Positions 1 through 9,521 of a stretch of 64,000 nt of DNA are shown here, piece by piece (the first letter of the stretch is position 1; every line of letters starts with the position of its first letter). The translations under genes were made by a program, and so were the position numbers. Source of the DNA: Gammaproteobacteria bacterium (GTDB taxonomy: Bacteria > Pseudomonadota > Gammaproteobacteria > Steroidobacterales > Steroidobacteraceae); the NCBI GenBank assembly GCA_003134045.1, contig PLAH01000125.1, forward strand, positions 31,828 to 95,827, read 5' to 3'. Below the pieces are notes generated by a model. It had not been told where the DNA came from, made no database searches, and worked only from the letters and a program-made list of their open reading frames with translations.

Positions 1-2921
1 CCGGGCAATTGGCCGCCCTCGCCGGGCTTCGCACCCTGCGCGATCTTGATCTGCAGCACCTCGGCATTGATGAGGTACTCGGGCGTCACGCCAAAGCGGC
101 CGGAGGCCACCTGCTTGATCTTGGAGTTCTTCTCGGTGCCGTAGCGCACCGGATCCTCGCCGCCCTCGCCGCTGTTCGAGCGCGCGCCCAAGCGGTTCAT
201 GGCGATCGCCAGCGCTTCGTGCGCTTCGGGCGACAAGGCGCCCAAGGACATGCCGGCGCTGTCGAAGCGCGTGAGGATGGCGGTGATCGATTCCACTTCG
301 GCGATGGGGATGGCCGTGCCGGTCTTCAACTTCAGCAGATCGCGGATGCAGGAAACCGGCCGCTGGTTCACGAGCGCGGCGAATTCCTGGTAGCGCTCGT
401 AATCGCCGTCCATCACGGCGGACTGGAGCGTCGCGATCACGTCCGGGTTGTACATGTGGTATTCGCCGTTGTGCATGTACTTGAGCAGGCCGCCCTGTTC
501 CACGCCCTCGGTGGGATCCCAGGCACGCTTCGCCAGATACTCGGTATCCGCTTTCAGATCGGCGAAATCCGCGCCCTGGATACGGCTGTCAGACCCCTCG
601 AAACACAGCGACACCACGTCCTCGCCCAAGCCGACGATCTCGAACAGCTGCGCGCTGCGATAGCTGGCAATGGTCGAGATGCCCATCTTGGACATGATCT
701 TGAACAGGCCCTTGCGGATGCCGCGGCGATAGCTGCGGCCGAGCTCCTGACGCGTGCCGGCGTCCATCTTCACGGCGCCCTTGCGCATGAGATCGAACAA
801 CGTCTGATAGGCGAGATACGGATACACCGCGGTCGCGCCATAGCCGATGAGGCAGGCGAAGTGATGCGCGTCGCGCGCCGTGCCGGTCTCGACCAGAATG
901 TTGCATAGGCAGCGCAGGCCGCTCTTGACCAGCCGGTGATGCACGGCGCCCGTGGCGAGCAATGCCTGGATGGGAATCTTGCCCGCCACCAGGTAGCGAT
1001 CGGACAGCAGCAGCACCAGCTTGCCGGCGCGCACTGCGGCTTCGGCTTGATCGCACACCGCGAGTATCGCCGTCTTGAGATCCAACCCCTCGTCGTACTG
1101 CAAATCGATGAACGCGTGCGGTACGCCGGAATCCTCGAGCCCCATGATCTGGCGCAGCTTGCGCTGCGAGAGAATGGGCGAACTCAACACGATCTGCTCG
1201 GCATGCTGCTGCGCCGGCACGAAGATGTTGGCTTCCGCGCCGATCTGCGTCTGCAGCGACATGACGATGCTCTCGCGCAGCGAATCGATGGGCGGGTTGG
1301 TGACCTGGGCGAACTGCTGGCGGAAATAATCGTAGAGCGAGCGCACCTTCTTCGACAGCACCGGCATGGGCGTGTCGTCGCCCATCGAGCCCACCGCCTC
1401 GCTCTCATCCTCGGCGAGCACGCGAATGATCTCGTCGCGCTCCTCGGCCGAGACGTTGTACATCTTTTGGAACAAGGCCAGCGTCTCGCGATCGAAGGGC
1501 TCGGCCGCCAACCTCGGGTCGATGAGATCGGTCTGCAGATAGCGCACGCCTTTCTTCAACCACACCTTGTAGGGGTGGCGGCTTTTCAGCAGGTCGTCCA
1601 CCTGCTTGGTGTCCAGAAGTTCGGAGGTCTGCAGATCGAGCGCGAGAATCTCGCCCGGCCCGAGTTTCCCCTTGCGCACCACATCCTCCGGGTTGTAGTC
1701 CCACACGCCGGCCTCGGACGCGATGGTGATGTGGCGGTTCTTGGTGATGACCCAGCGCGCCGGGCGCAGGCCGTTGCGGTCCAAGGTGCAGCAGGCATAG
1801 CGGCCATCGGTGACCACGATGCCGGCCGGTCCGTCCCACGGCTCCATGTGAGTGGCGTAATACTCGTAAAACGCCTTCAGATCGGGATCGATCATATCCA
1901 CCGACTGCCATGCGGGCGGCACCAGCACGCGCAGCGCGTGCATGGGATCGAGCCCGCCCACCAGGAGCAGCTCCAGCATGTTGTCGAGCGACTGGGAATC
2001 CGAGCCCGTCAACGAGACCACCGGCAGCACATCGGACAGGTCCGGCAGCACGGGCGAGCGGAACAACGGGCCGCGCGCCACCGCCCAGCTGCGATTGCCC
2101 TGCACCGTGTTGATCTCGCCGTTGTGCGCCAGATAGCGATACGGGTGCGCGAGCCGCCACTGCGGCAGCGTGTTGGTGGAAAAACGCTGGTGGAACACCA
2201 CCGCGGACGCCTCCATCCGCGGATCCTTGAGGTCCGGATAGAACTGCGCCAGAAACTGCGGCATCACCATGCCCTTGTAGACGATGGTGCTCGCCGACAA
2301 CGACGGAATGTAGAACACCGGATCGCCGGGTTCCAGGATCTTCTCCGCGCGGCGGCGCGCCATGTAGAGCTTGCGGTTGAGCGTGGCCTCGTCGATGCCG
2401 GGGTCGGCATTGACGAACACCTGGACGATGCTCGGCAGGGTCTTCAGTGCCTCGGCGCCGCAGGCAGAGGGGTCGGTGGGCAGCTGCCGAAAGCCGGCGA
2501 CACGCAGCTTCTCGCCCTCGATTTGTTCGGTGAGCACCCGGAGGGCGGCGTCCGCCTTGGCCGGATCGCGATCCAGGAACACGAGGCCGGCGGCGAACCG
2601 CGCGGTCAGGGAGAAGCCTGCCTCGGCGGCGACGGCCCGCAAAAAGCCCGTGGGCATCTTGATGAGCAGGCCGCAGCCGTCGCCGGTTTTACCATCGGCC
2701 GCGATCGCCCCGCGATGCGTCAATCGGTTGAGCGAGCTGATCGCAGTCTCGATCACCCAATGGGTAGCCTGATCGTCGAGACTGGCGATCAATCCGAAGC
2801 CGCAGGAATCCCGCTCATAGCGAGCCCGGCACAGGCCCCAATCGCCGATCCGCGGATCCGCGCCGTCGCGGCTGGTTTCCAGCTCGCGTGATTCCAAAAC
2901 CGCCATTTGCTCGTTCGCCAT
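1..2921 (-). CDS. gltB: Glutamate synthase large subunit, N-terminal ~973 codons (3' end lies beyond the window start)
   Basis: Not in the ORF track because it runs off the window edge. Reverse translation from ATG (complement of 2919-2921) reads MANEQMAVLESRELETSRDGADPRIGDWGLCRARYERDSCGFGLIASLDDQ (Ntn-amidotransferase Cys in CGFG). At the window edge it reads QGAKPGEGGQLPG (synthase-domain motif). Track ORFs 9..908(+) and 936..2891(+) are antisense shadows of it. Confidence 0.9.
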   Translation of the reverse strand, partial: MANEQMAVLESRELETSRDGADPRIGDWGLCRARYERDSCGFGLIASLDDQATHWVIETAISSLNRLTHRGAIAADGKTGDGCGLLIKMPTGFLRAVAAEAGFSLTARFAAGLVFLDRDPAKADAALRVLTEQIEGEKLRVAGFRQLPTDPSACGAEALKTLPSIVQVFVNADPGIDEATLNRKLYMARRRAEKILEPGDPVFYIPSLSASTIVYKGMVMPQFLAQFYPDLKDPRMEASAVVFHQRFSTNTLPQWRLAHPYRYLAHNGEINTVQGNRSWAVARGPLFRSPVLPDLSDVLPVVSLTGSDSQSLDNMLELLLVGGLDPMHALRVLVPPAWQSVDMIDPDLKAFYEYYATHMEPWDGPAGIVVTDGRYACCTLDRNGLRPARWVITKNRHITIASEAGVWDYNPEDVVRKGKLGPGEILALDLQTSELLDTKQVDDLLKSRHPYKVWLKKGVRYLQTDLIDPRLAAEPFDRETLALFQKMYNVSAEERDEIIRVLAEDESEAVGSMGDDTPMPVLSKKVRSLYDYFRQQFAQVTNPPIDSLRESIVMSLQTQIGAEANIFVPAQQHAEQIVLSSPILSQRKLRQIMGLEDSGVPHAFIDLQYDEGLDLKTAILAVCDQAEAAVRAGKLVLLLSDRYLVAGKIPIQALLATGAVHHRLVKSGLRCLCNILVETGTARDAHHFACLIGYGATAVYPYLAYQTLFDLMRKGAVKMDAGTRQELGRSYRRGIRKGLFKIMSKMGISTIASYRSAQLFEIVGLGEDVVSLCFEGSDSRIQGADFADLKADTEYLAKRAWDPTEGVEQGGLLKYMHNGEYHMYNPDVIATLQSAVMDGDYERYQEFAALVNQRPVSCIRDLLKLKTGTAIPIAEVESITAILTRFDSAGMSLGALSPEAHEALAIAMNRLGARSNSGEGGEDPVRYGTEKNSKIKQVASGRFGVTPEYLINAEVLQIKIAQGAKPGEGGQLP

Positions 2922-3104
2922 AACTTACGCCCACAAGAACCTAAGCCCGCGGCCGATCCGCAGAACCTTTGGATAACAACAACTTAAATCGGTTCTAGGC
3001 GCTCAAACATGCGCGCCATTGGGGCAAACGCCTCTTAGCGTGCCTTGAGTATGGATCTCATGATACCTAGCCCGTCCGCATCGTCAACCGCTGCGCCGCC
3101 CTCG

Positions 3105-3533
3105 TCACCCCGCAATATAGCGCTCCAGCTGTTCGATCTGCTGGCTCTGCTCCTCGATCACGGCTTTGACCAGGTCGCCGATGGACAGCATTCCCACCAC
3201 TCTCCCTGAGTCCACCACCGGTAAATGGCGAAAACGGCCTTCGGTCATGAGTTCCATGCAACGGTGCACGGTTTCCTGCGGCGTGACGGTCACCGGATCC
3301 GTGGTCATGATGTCGCCGACCGGGGTGTCGTGCGAGGATCGATTCTTCAGAATGACTTTGCGCGCGTAATCGCGCTCCGAAATGATGCCGAGCAACGAAC
3401 CCTGGCTCATGACCAGCAGCGCCCCGACGTGACGGGTCGCCATCAGTTCGATGGCACGCAAGACGGAATCGGCGGGCGATACGGAGAAAACCTGGCTGCC
3501 CTTGACCCGGATCAACTGATTGACGGTCTGCAT
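3105..3533 (-). CDS. CBS-domain pair protein (142 aa)
   Basis: Last 142 codons of track ORF 3105..4568(-), from MQTVNQLIRVKG (ATG = complement 3531-3533). Two CBS-like repeats (VGALLVMSQGSLLGIISERD and FRHLPVVDSGRVVGMLSIGD). The rest of the track ORF is antisense to ptrB. Confidence 0.8.
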   Translation of the reverse strand: MQTVNQLIRVKGSQVFSVSPADSVLRAIELMATRHVGALLVMSQGSLLGIISERDYARKVILKNRSSHDTPVGDIMTTDPVTVTPQETVHRCMELMTEGRFRHLPVVDSGRVVGMLSIGDLVKAVIEEQSQQIEQLERYIAG

Positions 3534-3611
3534 AACCCCCCCCTTATCCCGACGTCGCCTGAAGCGCTCTTCCGATTGACTATACTCCGGCCTCATCCGA
3601 GGACAAGAGCC

Positions 3612-5684
3612 ATGCAGGATCTGAAATTCAGCCCCCCCATCGCCGCCGTCGGCGCGCACAGCGTCGCGTCGCCGCATGGCGCCCGCGCGGACCCCTATTA
3701 CTGGCTGCGCGACGATGAGCGCCGCGACCCGGCCGTTCTCGCCCACCTCGGCGCCGAAAACGCCTATCACGCGCAGTTCCGGGCCCGTTCTCAGGCGCTG
3801 GAGGACAAGATCTACGGCGAGATCGTCGCGCGCCTGAAACAGGACGATTCCACCGTTCCCTACCGCAAGAATGGTTACTGGTACTACATCCGTTTCGAGG
3901 CCGGCAAGGAACATCCGATTTTCGCGCGCCGCAAAGCCTCGCTCGATGCGCCCGAGCAGGTCATATTGGACGCCAACGAACTGGCGGCCGGGCACGACTA
4001 CTACCAGATCGGCGAGGCCGACATCTCGCCCGACTCGCGCTGGCTGGCATTCTGCGAGGACACCGTCGGCAGACGCCAATATAGCTTGCGCTTCAAGGAC
4101 TTGGACACCGGCGAGATGCTGCCTGACGCGATCGCCGGCGTCGAAGCCGACATCGTGTGGGCAAACGACAACGAAACGCTGCTGTACATCGAAAAGGACC
4201 CGGAGACCTTGCTGGGTCTGCGCGTGAAAAAGCACGTGCGGGGGACGCAGCCGCACCGCGATGAACTGGTGTTCGAGCAAACGGACACGACCTTGTACAC
4301 CGGGCTGACGAAATCCAAATCCGAGCGCTTCATCTTCATTCACATGGACGGAACGCTCACGTCGGAATGGCGGTACGCCGAGGCCGGCGATCCGAATCTT
4401 TCGTTCCGGGTATTCTTTCCCCGCCAGCGCGACCACGAGTATGAAGTCGAGCATCTGGGCGATCGATTCATCATTCGTACCAATTGGCAGGCCTGCAATT
4501 TCCGCATCATGGAGGTGCCCATCGGCAACGAAGGGGCACGCGAGCAGTGGCGGGACATGATCGCCCACCGCGACGACACCTTCATCGAGGAATTCGAGGT
4601 CTTCACGAATTTCCTGGTGTCGTCGGTGCGCAGCGGCGGCCTGCGCAAGCTCGCCATTCAGCCGCTGACTCCGGCCGGTGCCGCGCAGTTCTTCATTGCC
4701 AGCGACGAACCGACCTACACCACGTCCATCTCGGCCAATCCGGAATTGGATTCCGAGATCGTTCGCTACACTTACTCATCGCTCGCGATTCCGACCACCG
4801 TGTACGACTACAACATGCGCAGCGCCGAGCAAGTGCTGCTGAAGCGCGATCCGGTGCAGGGTGGCTTCGACCCCGCCAATTACCAGACGGAGTTTCTGTT
4901 CGTACCCGCCCGGGACGGCAGCCAGATCCCCGTATCCATGATCTATCGCAAAGGTTTCGCCCGCGATGGCGCCGCGCCGCTTCTGCAATACGCTTATGGC
5001 GCCTATGGGCTGTCGATGGATCCGGCATTCTCGTCGGCGCGTTTCAGCCTGATCGACCGCGGTTTCGTCTATGCGATCGCGCATATTCGCGGCGGGCAGG
5101 AAATGGGCCGCGCCTGGTACGATCAAGGCCGGCGGCTGCACAAGAAAAACTCCTTCACCGACTTCATCGACGTGACCCACTTTCTGGTGGCCCAGCGCTA
5201 TGCCGCGAAGGACAAGGTGTTCGCCATGGGCGGCAGCGCGGGTGGCTTGCTGATGGGCGCCATCGCCAACATGAATCCCGCGGACTACCGGGGAATCGTC
5301 GCCCAGGTACCGTTCGTCGACACCGTCACGACCATGCTCGACGACAGCATTCCCCTGACCACCAACGAATACGACGAATGGGGCGATCCCAGCGACAAGA
5401 CCTCCTATGACTATATGTTGTCCTACTCCCCGTACGACAACGTCCGCGCGCAGGCCTATCCGGCGATGCTGGTCACCACCGGCCTATGGGACAGCCAGGT
5501 GCAGTACTACGAACCGGCCAAGTGGGTGGCCAAATTACGCGCTCGCAAGACCGACCGGAATGTCTTGCTGTTCCACATCGACATGGACGCCGGACACGGC
5601 GGAAAGTCGGGCCGCTTCCAGCGCTATCGGGAGACGGCCATGGAATTTGCTTTCATACTCGACCAGCTGGGAATCCACGAGTAG
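3612..5684 (+). CDS. ptrB: Oligopeptidase B / protease II (S9 prolyl-oligopeptidase family)
   Basis: Track ORF 3225..5684 trimmed to MQDLKFSPP (ATG 3612, codon 130 of the ORF). DPYYWLRDDER N-terminal signature, catalytic Ser in GGSAGGLLMG, His in DAGHGG. Confidence 0.9.
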   Translation: MQDLKFSPPIAAVGAHSVASPHGARADPYYWLRDDERRDPAVLAHLGAENAYHAQFRARSQALEDKIYGEIVARLKQDDSTVPYRKNGYWYYIRFEAGKEHPIFARRKASLDAPEQVILDANELAAGHDYYQIGEADISPDSRWLAFCEDTVGRRQYSLRFKDLDTGEMLPDAIAGVEADIVWANDNETLLYIEKDPETLLGLRVKKHVRGTQPHRDELVFEQTDTTLYTGLTKSKSERFIFIHMDGTLTSEWRYAEAGDPNLSFRVFFPRQRDHEYEVEHLGDRFIIRTNWQACNFRIMEVPIGNEGAREQWRDMIAHRDDTFIEEFEVFTNFLVSSVRSGGLRKLAIQPLTPAGAAQFFIASDEPTYTTSISANPELDSEIVRYTYSSLAIPTTVYDYNMRSAEQVLLKRDPVQGGFDPANYQTEFLFVPARDGSQIPVSMIYRKGFARDGAAPLLQYAYGAYGLSMDPAFSSARFSLIDRGFVYAIAHIRGGQEMGRAWYDQGRRLHKKNSFTDFIDVTHFLVAQRYAAKDKVFAMGGSAGGLLMGAIANMNPADYRGIVAQVPFVDTVTTMLDDSIPLTTNEYDEWGDPSDKTSYDYMLSYSPYDNVRAQAYPAMLVTTGLWDSQVQYYEPAKWVAKLRARKTDRNVLLFHIDMDAGHGGKSGRFQRYRETAMEFAFILDQLGIHE

Positions 5685-5808
5685 GCGGCAACGCTCGCCG
5701 CCGAGGTGGGGGCCGGCGTCTCACCGAGTCGATTAAGCCGCTTACGACTTGCTGCGGCTTCCCCCGAGTGACAAGAATCGTCACCAGTGACGCGGCTCGG
5801 CATGCGAG

Positions 5809-6606
5809 TCAGCCGTGCGCGGGCGGCACCACCACACACACCTGCGACTTGGCCTCGAGGCTCGCGCAGAGGGCCCGCGCGCGTTTCTCGGTCAGGCCCG
5901 TCGCCCGCAGTCGATACAAGGTTCCGGAGGCGGTTTTCTTGGCTTCCACCTTGGAGGACAGGCCGGCGAGTAGCGTCGGGTACTGCTTTTGCAGATGGGC
6001 CCAGCGCTCATGCGCCGCGGGCGCGCCTGTCTTGAATGCACCCAACTGTACGCCGAACGAGCCCGCTTCGGCCTTGGACGACGATTTCAAGCCTGCCGCG
6101 GGCGCGGGGGGCGCGGCAACCGGTGGGGCCGGCGGTGGCGTGGCGCCGGCCGCAGGCTGTTTGGGCCCCTTGGGCGCCGTCGCGGGCGGCTCGGCGGTCT
6201 CGCCGTTCTGCGCCACGGCCGGTGTGCCTGCGGCATCCGCGGCGGAAGTCGCACCGGGCGCCGCCGCCGCACCCGAAGGCGCCTGCGCCAACGTGAAATT
6301 TTCGACGCGAATGCGCGCTTCCTCCGTCCATTTACCTTCCGGATACTGTTTCAGGAAGGCCTGATACGCTTCCGGCGTATCGGCATCGCGGGCCTTCTGC
6401 CAGTCGCGCTCCTCGTACAGTTCCTTGACCCGCGCCTGAGCTTGAGCCGTGAATTCGCCGCTGGGATATTTCTTCAGAAATTGCTCGTATGCGTCCGTGG
6501 TATTGGTTTCCCGAGTCTTCTGCCAGTCGCTTTGCTGGCGGCTGCAGCCCGCCGCGGCAAGCAGCAACGCACAACACACACTCAACACCACTTTATGCTT
6601 GAACAT
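5809..6606 (-). CDS. SPOR-domain lipoprotein with two YxxFLKxYPxG repeats and a Pro/Ala-rich linker
   Basis: Track ORF 5809..6807(-) starts at a TTG. I prefer the in-frame ATG at complement 6604-6606, giving MFKHKVVLSVCCALLLAAAGC (lipobox). The C-terminus FGVQLGAFKTGAPAAHERW...YRLRATGL is SPOR-like. ATG at 6648 is an alternative start. Confidence 0.75.
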   Translation of the reverse strand: MFKHKVVLSVCCALLLAAAGCSRQQSDWQKTRETNTTDAYEQFLKKYPSGEFTAQAQARVKELYEERDWQKARDADTPEAYQAFLKQYPEGKWTEEARIRVENFTLAQAPSGAAAAPGATSAADAAGTPAVAQNGETAEPPATAPKGPKQPAAGATPPPAPPVAAPPAPAAGLKSSSKAEAGSFGVQLGAFKTGAPAAHERWAHLQKQYPTLLAGLSSKVEAKKTASGTLYRLRATGLTEKRARALCASLEAKSQVCVVVPPAHG

Positions 6607-6850
6607 TTTTTTGAATCCCAACCCCAGGGTTTTTGACGCGGCCATCATTCTACTGCGATTTCCATCGTCTGTCGGCGACGCCAAGCTCGTCACATCCGCG
6701 GCCGCGTCAGCGCTCGCACCATCGCGATCGCGAAAGGCGCCATCGTGGATGGCGATATCGAGATCACCCCGGGTACGCCCATCGTACGGTTCGAGGAAAA
6801 GCGGCAAGACCGTTAGACGCGGTGCCGGGTTTCGCGCATCCTAGCCGGGC

Positions 6851-6870
6851 TATTTTATTTTTATTTTTTT
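6851..6870. other. 20-nt pure A/T tract (TATTTTATTTTTATTTTTTT) in a divergent intergenic region
   Basis: Read directly. Flanked by very GC-rich sequence, about 120 nt upstream of the OMP gene start at 6988. Confidence 0.9.
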
Positions 6871-6987
6871 GGCATCGCGTGATCCACGGCCGCGTTTCCG
6901 GGGTCCCGGTGACGGCAAACTCACCGGTTGGGGCGGACCGCCCGTGGGCTGGCGCGTTTCCGGCCAGTTGATATCGAGGAGAACCGG

Positions 6988-7842
6988 ATGACGAGGAAAT
7001 TGAGGGGTCGAGGTCTCGCGCGCGTCGCGCCGCTCGCGTTGGCCGCGTCCATGACGCTCCCGGCGCCTCGCGCTCACGCGGACGGAGACTATTACTTCAG
7101 CCCCACCGACGAACATGTCCGGCTGTCCCTCGGCGCCATGCACCTGACCTCCGCGACCAGCGTTCGCGCCGACTCCAGCGCGGGGTCGCCGGGCACGGAT
7201 ATCGACGGTGAACGTGATTTCGGCCTGGACAAATCGGATTTCGAACCCAAATTTCAAGCCACGGTTCGGGTGGCCACGCGGCATCGGCTGAGCTTCGATT
7301 ACTTCACGTTGGATCGCAGCGGCAACGCGACCATCCCCACGACGGGAACCCCGATCGTGTTCCGCGACAGCATCCTGCTTCCCGGCGACCCGCTGCAGAC
7401 CCGTTTAAGCCTGCGCACCTTCGGCATCACGTACGGCTATTCGTTCTGGCACAGCGAAACACTCGAAATTGCGGCAACCCTCGGCGTGCACAGTACGGAC
7501 GTGTCCTCCACCGTGAAGGTGCAGACCCTGACTCGCCACATCATTCAGACCGAAGACGCCGCCGGTCCCGTGCCCACCGTGGGGATCGACGGCACCTGGG
7601 TCATCAGCAGGCGGTTCTATATCGACGGCCGCGCTCAATATCTCAACCTGCACGTCGCCAACCTCGACGGCTCGCTGGGTTTGTATGAATTGAATGGGCT
7701 GTATCGCTACCGGCCCAACGTGTCGTTCGGTGTGGGCTACACGGAGGTGCGTGCACACCTCTCGTCGCTGCGCTCCTCGCAGACCGGCTTGTTCGACTTC
7801 AATACCAAGGGCCCCGAAATGTTCTTCCGGATCGGCTTCTAA
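6988..7842 (+). CDS. Outer-membrane beta-barrel protein (hypothetical)
   Basis: Track ORF 6928..7842 trimmed to ATG 6988 (GAGGAG upstream). Signal peptide MTRKLRGRGLARVAPLALAASMTLPAPRAHA, alternating beta-strand pattern, C-terminal ...FFRIGF. Confidence 0.65.
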   Translation: MTRKLRGRGLARVAPLALAASMTLPAPRAHADGDYYFSPTDEHVRLSLGAMHLTSATSVRADSSAGSPGTDIDGERDFGLDKSDFEPKFQATVRVATRHRLSFDYFTLDRSGNATIPTTGTPIVFRDSILLPGDPLQTRLSLRTFGITYGYSFWHSETLEIAATLGVHSTDVSSTVKVQTLTRHIIQTEDAAGPVPTVGIDGTWVISRRFYIDGRAQYLNLHVANLDGSLGLYELNGLYRYRPNVSFGVGYTEVRAHLSSLRSSQTGLFDFNTKGPEMFFRIGF

Positions 7843-9164
7843 GGGGCGGCCTCGGCGGCGAATTCCACGCGATTGTTGGCCGCCGCGGCCCGATTCCATT
7901 CGCCGGCGGTCACGGACTCGTTGCGGGGCGGATAAGGCACGGCGGTGCGCGACGTGCCGGCGTTCTCGATGGTCACGGCGATCGCACCCGAGGTTCGCTG
8001 CCGCACGCTGGCCACCAGGTTGGCGAACGCCAGCGACTGGCGCTGCTGACTCGTCAACGCCTCTTCGAACGGGTTGCCGAGCAGATCGCATTTGCCCACG
8101 GCCAGACTGCCGATGGCGGGAGCAAACCCGTCGGTCGCATTGCCGTTGAGGCAGAACGAGCCGGCTGCGCTGGTGATCTTGACCACGCCGCGAAAGTTCT
8201 GGGCTTCGAGCTTCGCCAAGAAGTCGCGCAGCACGTCGAGTCGGCTCCGATCGAAGGGAATCTCTCCATAAGGCACCGGCTCGACCCGCACGGCGGTGCC
8301 GGGCGCGGCGTTCACGGGCGCGGGATTGACGGCGTTCGCCGCCAATGCGGCCGCCAACTCCTTGTTGGTCGCCCCGATCTCCTCCGCCGCGCGTTTCAGC
8401 TCCGCATTGGCCGAGGTGAGCGCCGCCACTTCGGCATGGGCTTGCGCGGCATCCTCGCGGCTCAACGACCAGAATGCCGCGCAGGCGGCGGCCGCGCCGC
8501 AAACCACCACCAACGCCGCGACCCAGGGCCATATTCTCGGCCGCTGGTTGGCGACGACCGGCGGCAACGGCTCCAGGAGCGGCGCCGGCGCATCGCGCAC
8601 ATCGGCCACGATGCGCGCCGCGAAGCTGTCGAGGCTCGCCATGATGAAGCGGCGCATGTCCGCCGCCTGCTCCTTCACCGTCGACTCGACCCGCCGCCCC
8701 CAATCGGGCGGCGCGGGTTTGGCCTCCACGACGCCGGCGGTCTCGTCGAGTTCGACGGGCGACAGCGCCGGTTCCGCCGTATCGCGGCGATCCGGCAGGA
8801 GATGCAGTTCGTATAGAACTTTGGAGACGTCGACGGGCCGAACTTGTTTGGGCAAGACGCCCATCGCGCCCAGGGCTCGCGCTTGCCCGACGTACAGTTC
8901 GCCTTCCTGCGAGGTGTACATCATGATGGGGATCATCGCCGTCTGCGGATTGCTCTTGATCGCTTGAACGGCTTGCAGGCCGTCCATCCCGGGCATGAGC
9001 TGGTCCATGAAGATGGCGTCGGGCCGATTCTGATTCAGATACTCGATGGCCTGTTCGGCCGATTCGGCCATGTCCACTTCAATGCCATACTTCTCGAGCA
9101 TGCGGCTCAAGATCACGCGTGCCGACTTCGAATCGTCGACGACTAGTGCACGTTTGCGGGCCAT
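7839..9164 (-). CDS. Response-regulator receiver domain - TM helix - C-terminal OmpA/MotB-like tail (no DNA-binding domain)
   Basis: Track ORF. N-terminus ALVVDDSKSARVILSRML...IFMDQLMPGMDG...MYTSQ is a CheY-like REC domain. Hydrophobic segment IWPWVAALVVVCGAAAACAAFW. The C-terminal end ...AGEWNRAAAANNRVEF resembles the NRRVE end of OmpA_C-like domains. Confidence 0.8.
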   Translation of the reverse strand: MARKRALVVDDSKSARVILSRMLEKYGIEVDMAESAEQAIEYLNQNRPDAIFMDQLMPGMDGLQAVQAIKSNPQTAMIPIMMYTSQEGELYVGQARALGAMGVLPKQVRPVDVSKVLYELHLLPDRRDTAEPALSPVELDETAGVVEAKPAPPDWGRRVESTVKEQAADMRRFIMASLDSFAARIVADVRDAPAPLLEPLPPVVANQRPRIWPWVAALVVVCGAAAACAAFWSLSREDAAQAHAEVAALTSANAELKRAAEEIGATNKELAAALAANAVNPAPVNAAPGTAVRVEPVPYGEIPFDRSRLDVLRDFLAKLEAQNFRGVVKITSAAGSFCLNGNATDGFAPAIGSLAVGKCDLLGNPFEEALTSQQRQSLAFANLVASVRQRTSGAIAVTIENAGTSRTAVPYPPRNESVTAGEWNRAAAANNRVEFAAEAAP

Positions 9165-9226
9165 ATGACGCCGGGACCTGAGATTCGCGGAGCGGCGGCC
9201 GCGCGGCCGCGGACTCCCGGCCGAAT

Positions 9227-9439
9227 TCAGGCGGCCTCGGAACTAGGCGATTCTTTGTTCTGCGCGATCCAGGTCAACGCGGACTCCACGTCGGCAAGCT
9301 CGCTGGCGGTGAAACCTTCGATTCTGACCCCGGTGGCCTCGGCCTTTTTCTTGGCGAGTTCCGCGGCTGCGACCGTGTGTATCCACACCAGACCGCGACG
9401 TACTTTAGCCGTGAATTTCTGCTGCTTCTCTTCGGTCAT
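9227..9439 (-). CDS. Small hypothetical protein (70 aa)
   Basis: Track ORF. ATG preceded by AAGGAG with a 7-nt spacer (reverse complement of 9440-9455 = TTGAAGGAGATGACTG). Same strand as and immediately upstream of the REC-TM gene. Confidence 0.5.
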   Translation of the reverse strand: MTEEKQQKFTAKVRRGLVWIHTVAAAELAKKKAEATGVRIEGFTASELADVESALTWIAQNKESPSSEAA

Positions 9440-9521
9440 CAGTCATCTCCTTCAAATTATCCAGACCTGGCCCGGCACGATACACGACTACGGCGGGTAT
9501 GAGGAACCTCGCGCGGCGGCC

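Noticed and set aside
9-2891. Long plus-strand track ORFs 9..908 (299 aa) and 936..2891 (651 aa), plus several overlapping shorter ones
   Set aside because: Arg/Ala/Gly/His-rich, motif-free translations lying exactly antisense to a well-supported gltB reading frame. These are typical shadow ORFs of high-GC DNA.
5768-5784. GTGAC-N7-GTCAC inverted repeat between ptrB and the SPOR gene
   Set aside because: It shares the half-sites of the island palindrome but has different spacing (7 rather than 4) and lacks the flanking A/T. It lies in a convergent 3' region of the housekeeping part. Probably chance or a weak hairpin.
9195-9210. GCGGCCGCGCGGCCGC (two abutting NotI-type palindromes) between the small ORF and the REC-TM gene
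   Set aside because: A short GC-only palindrome, expected by chance at this base composition. No U-tract, so it is not called as a terminator.
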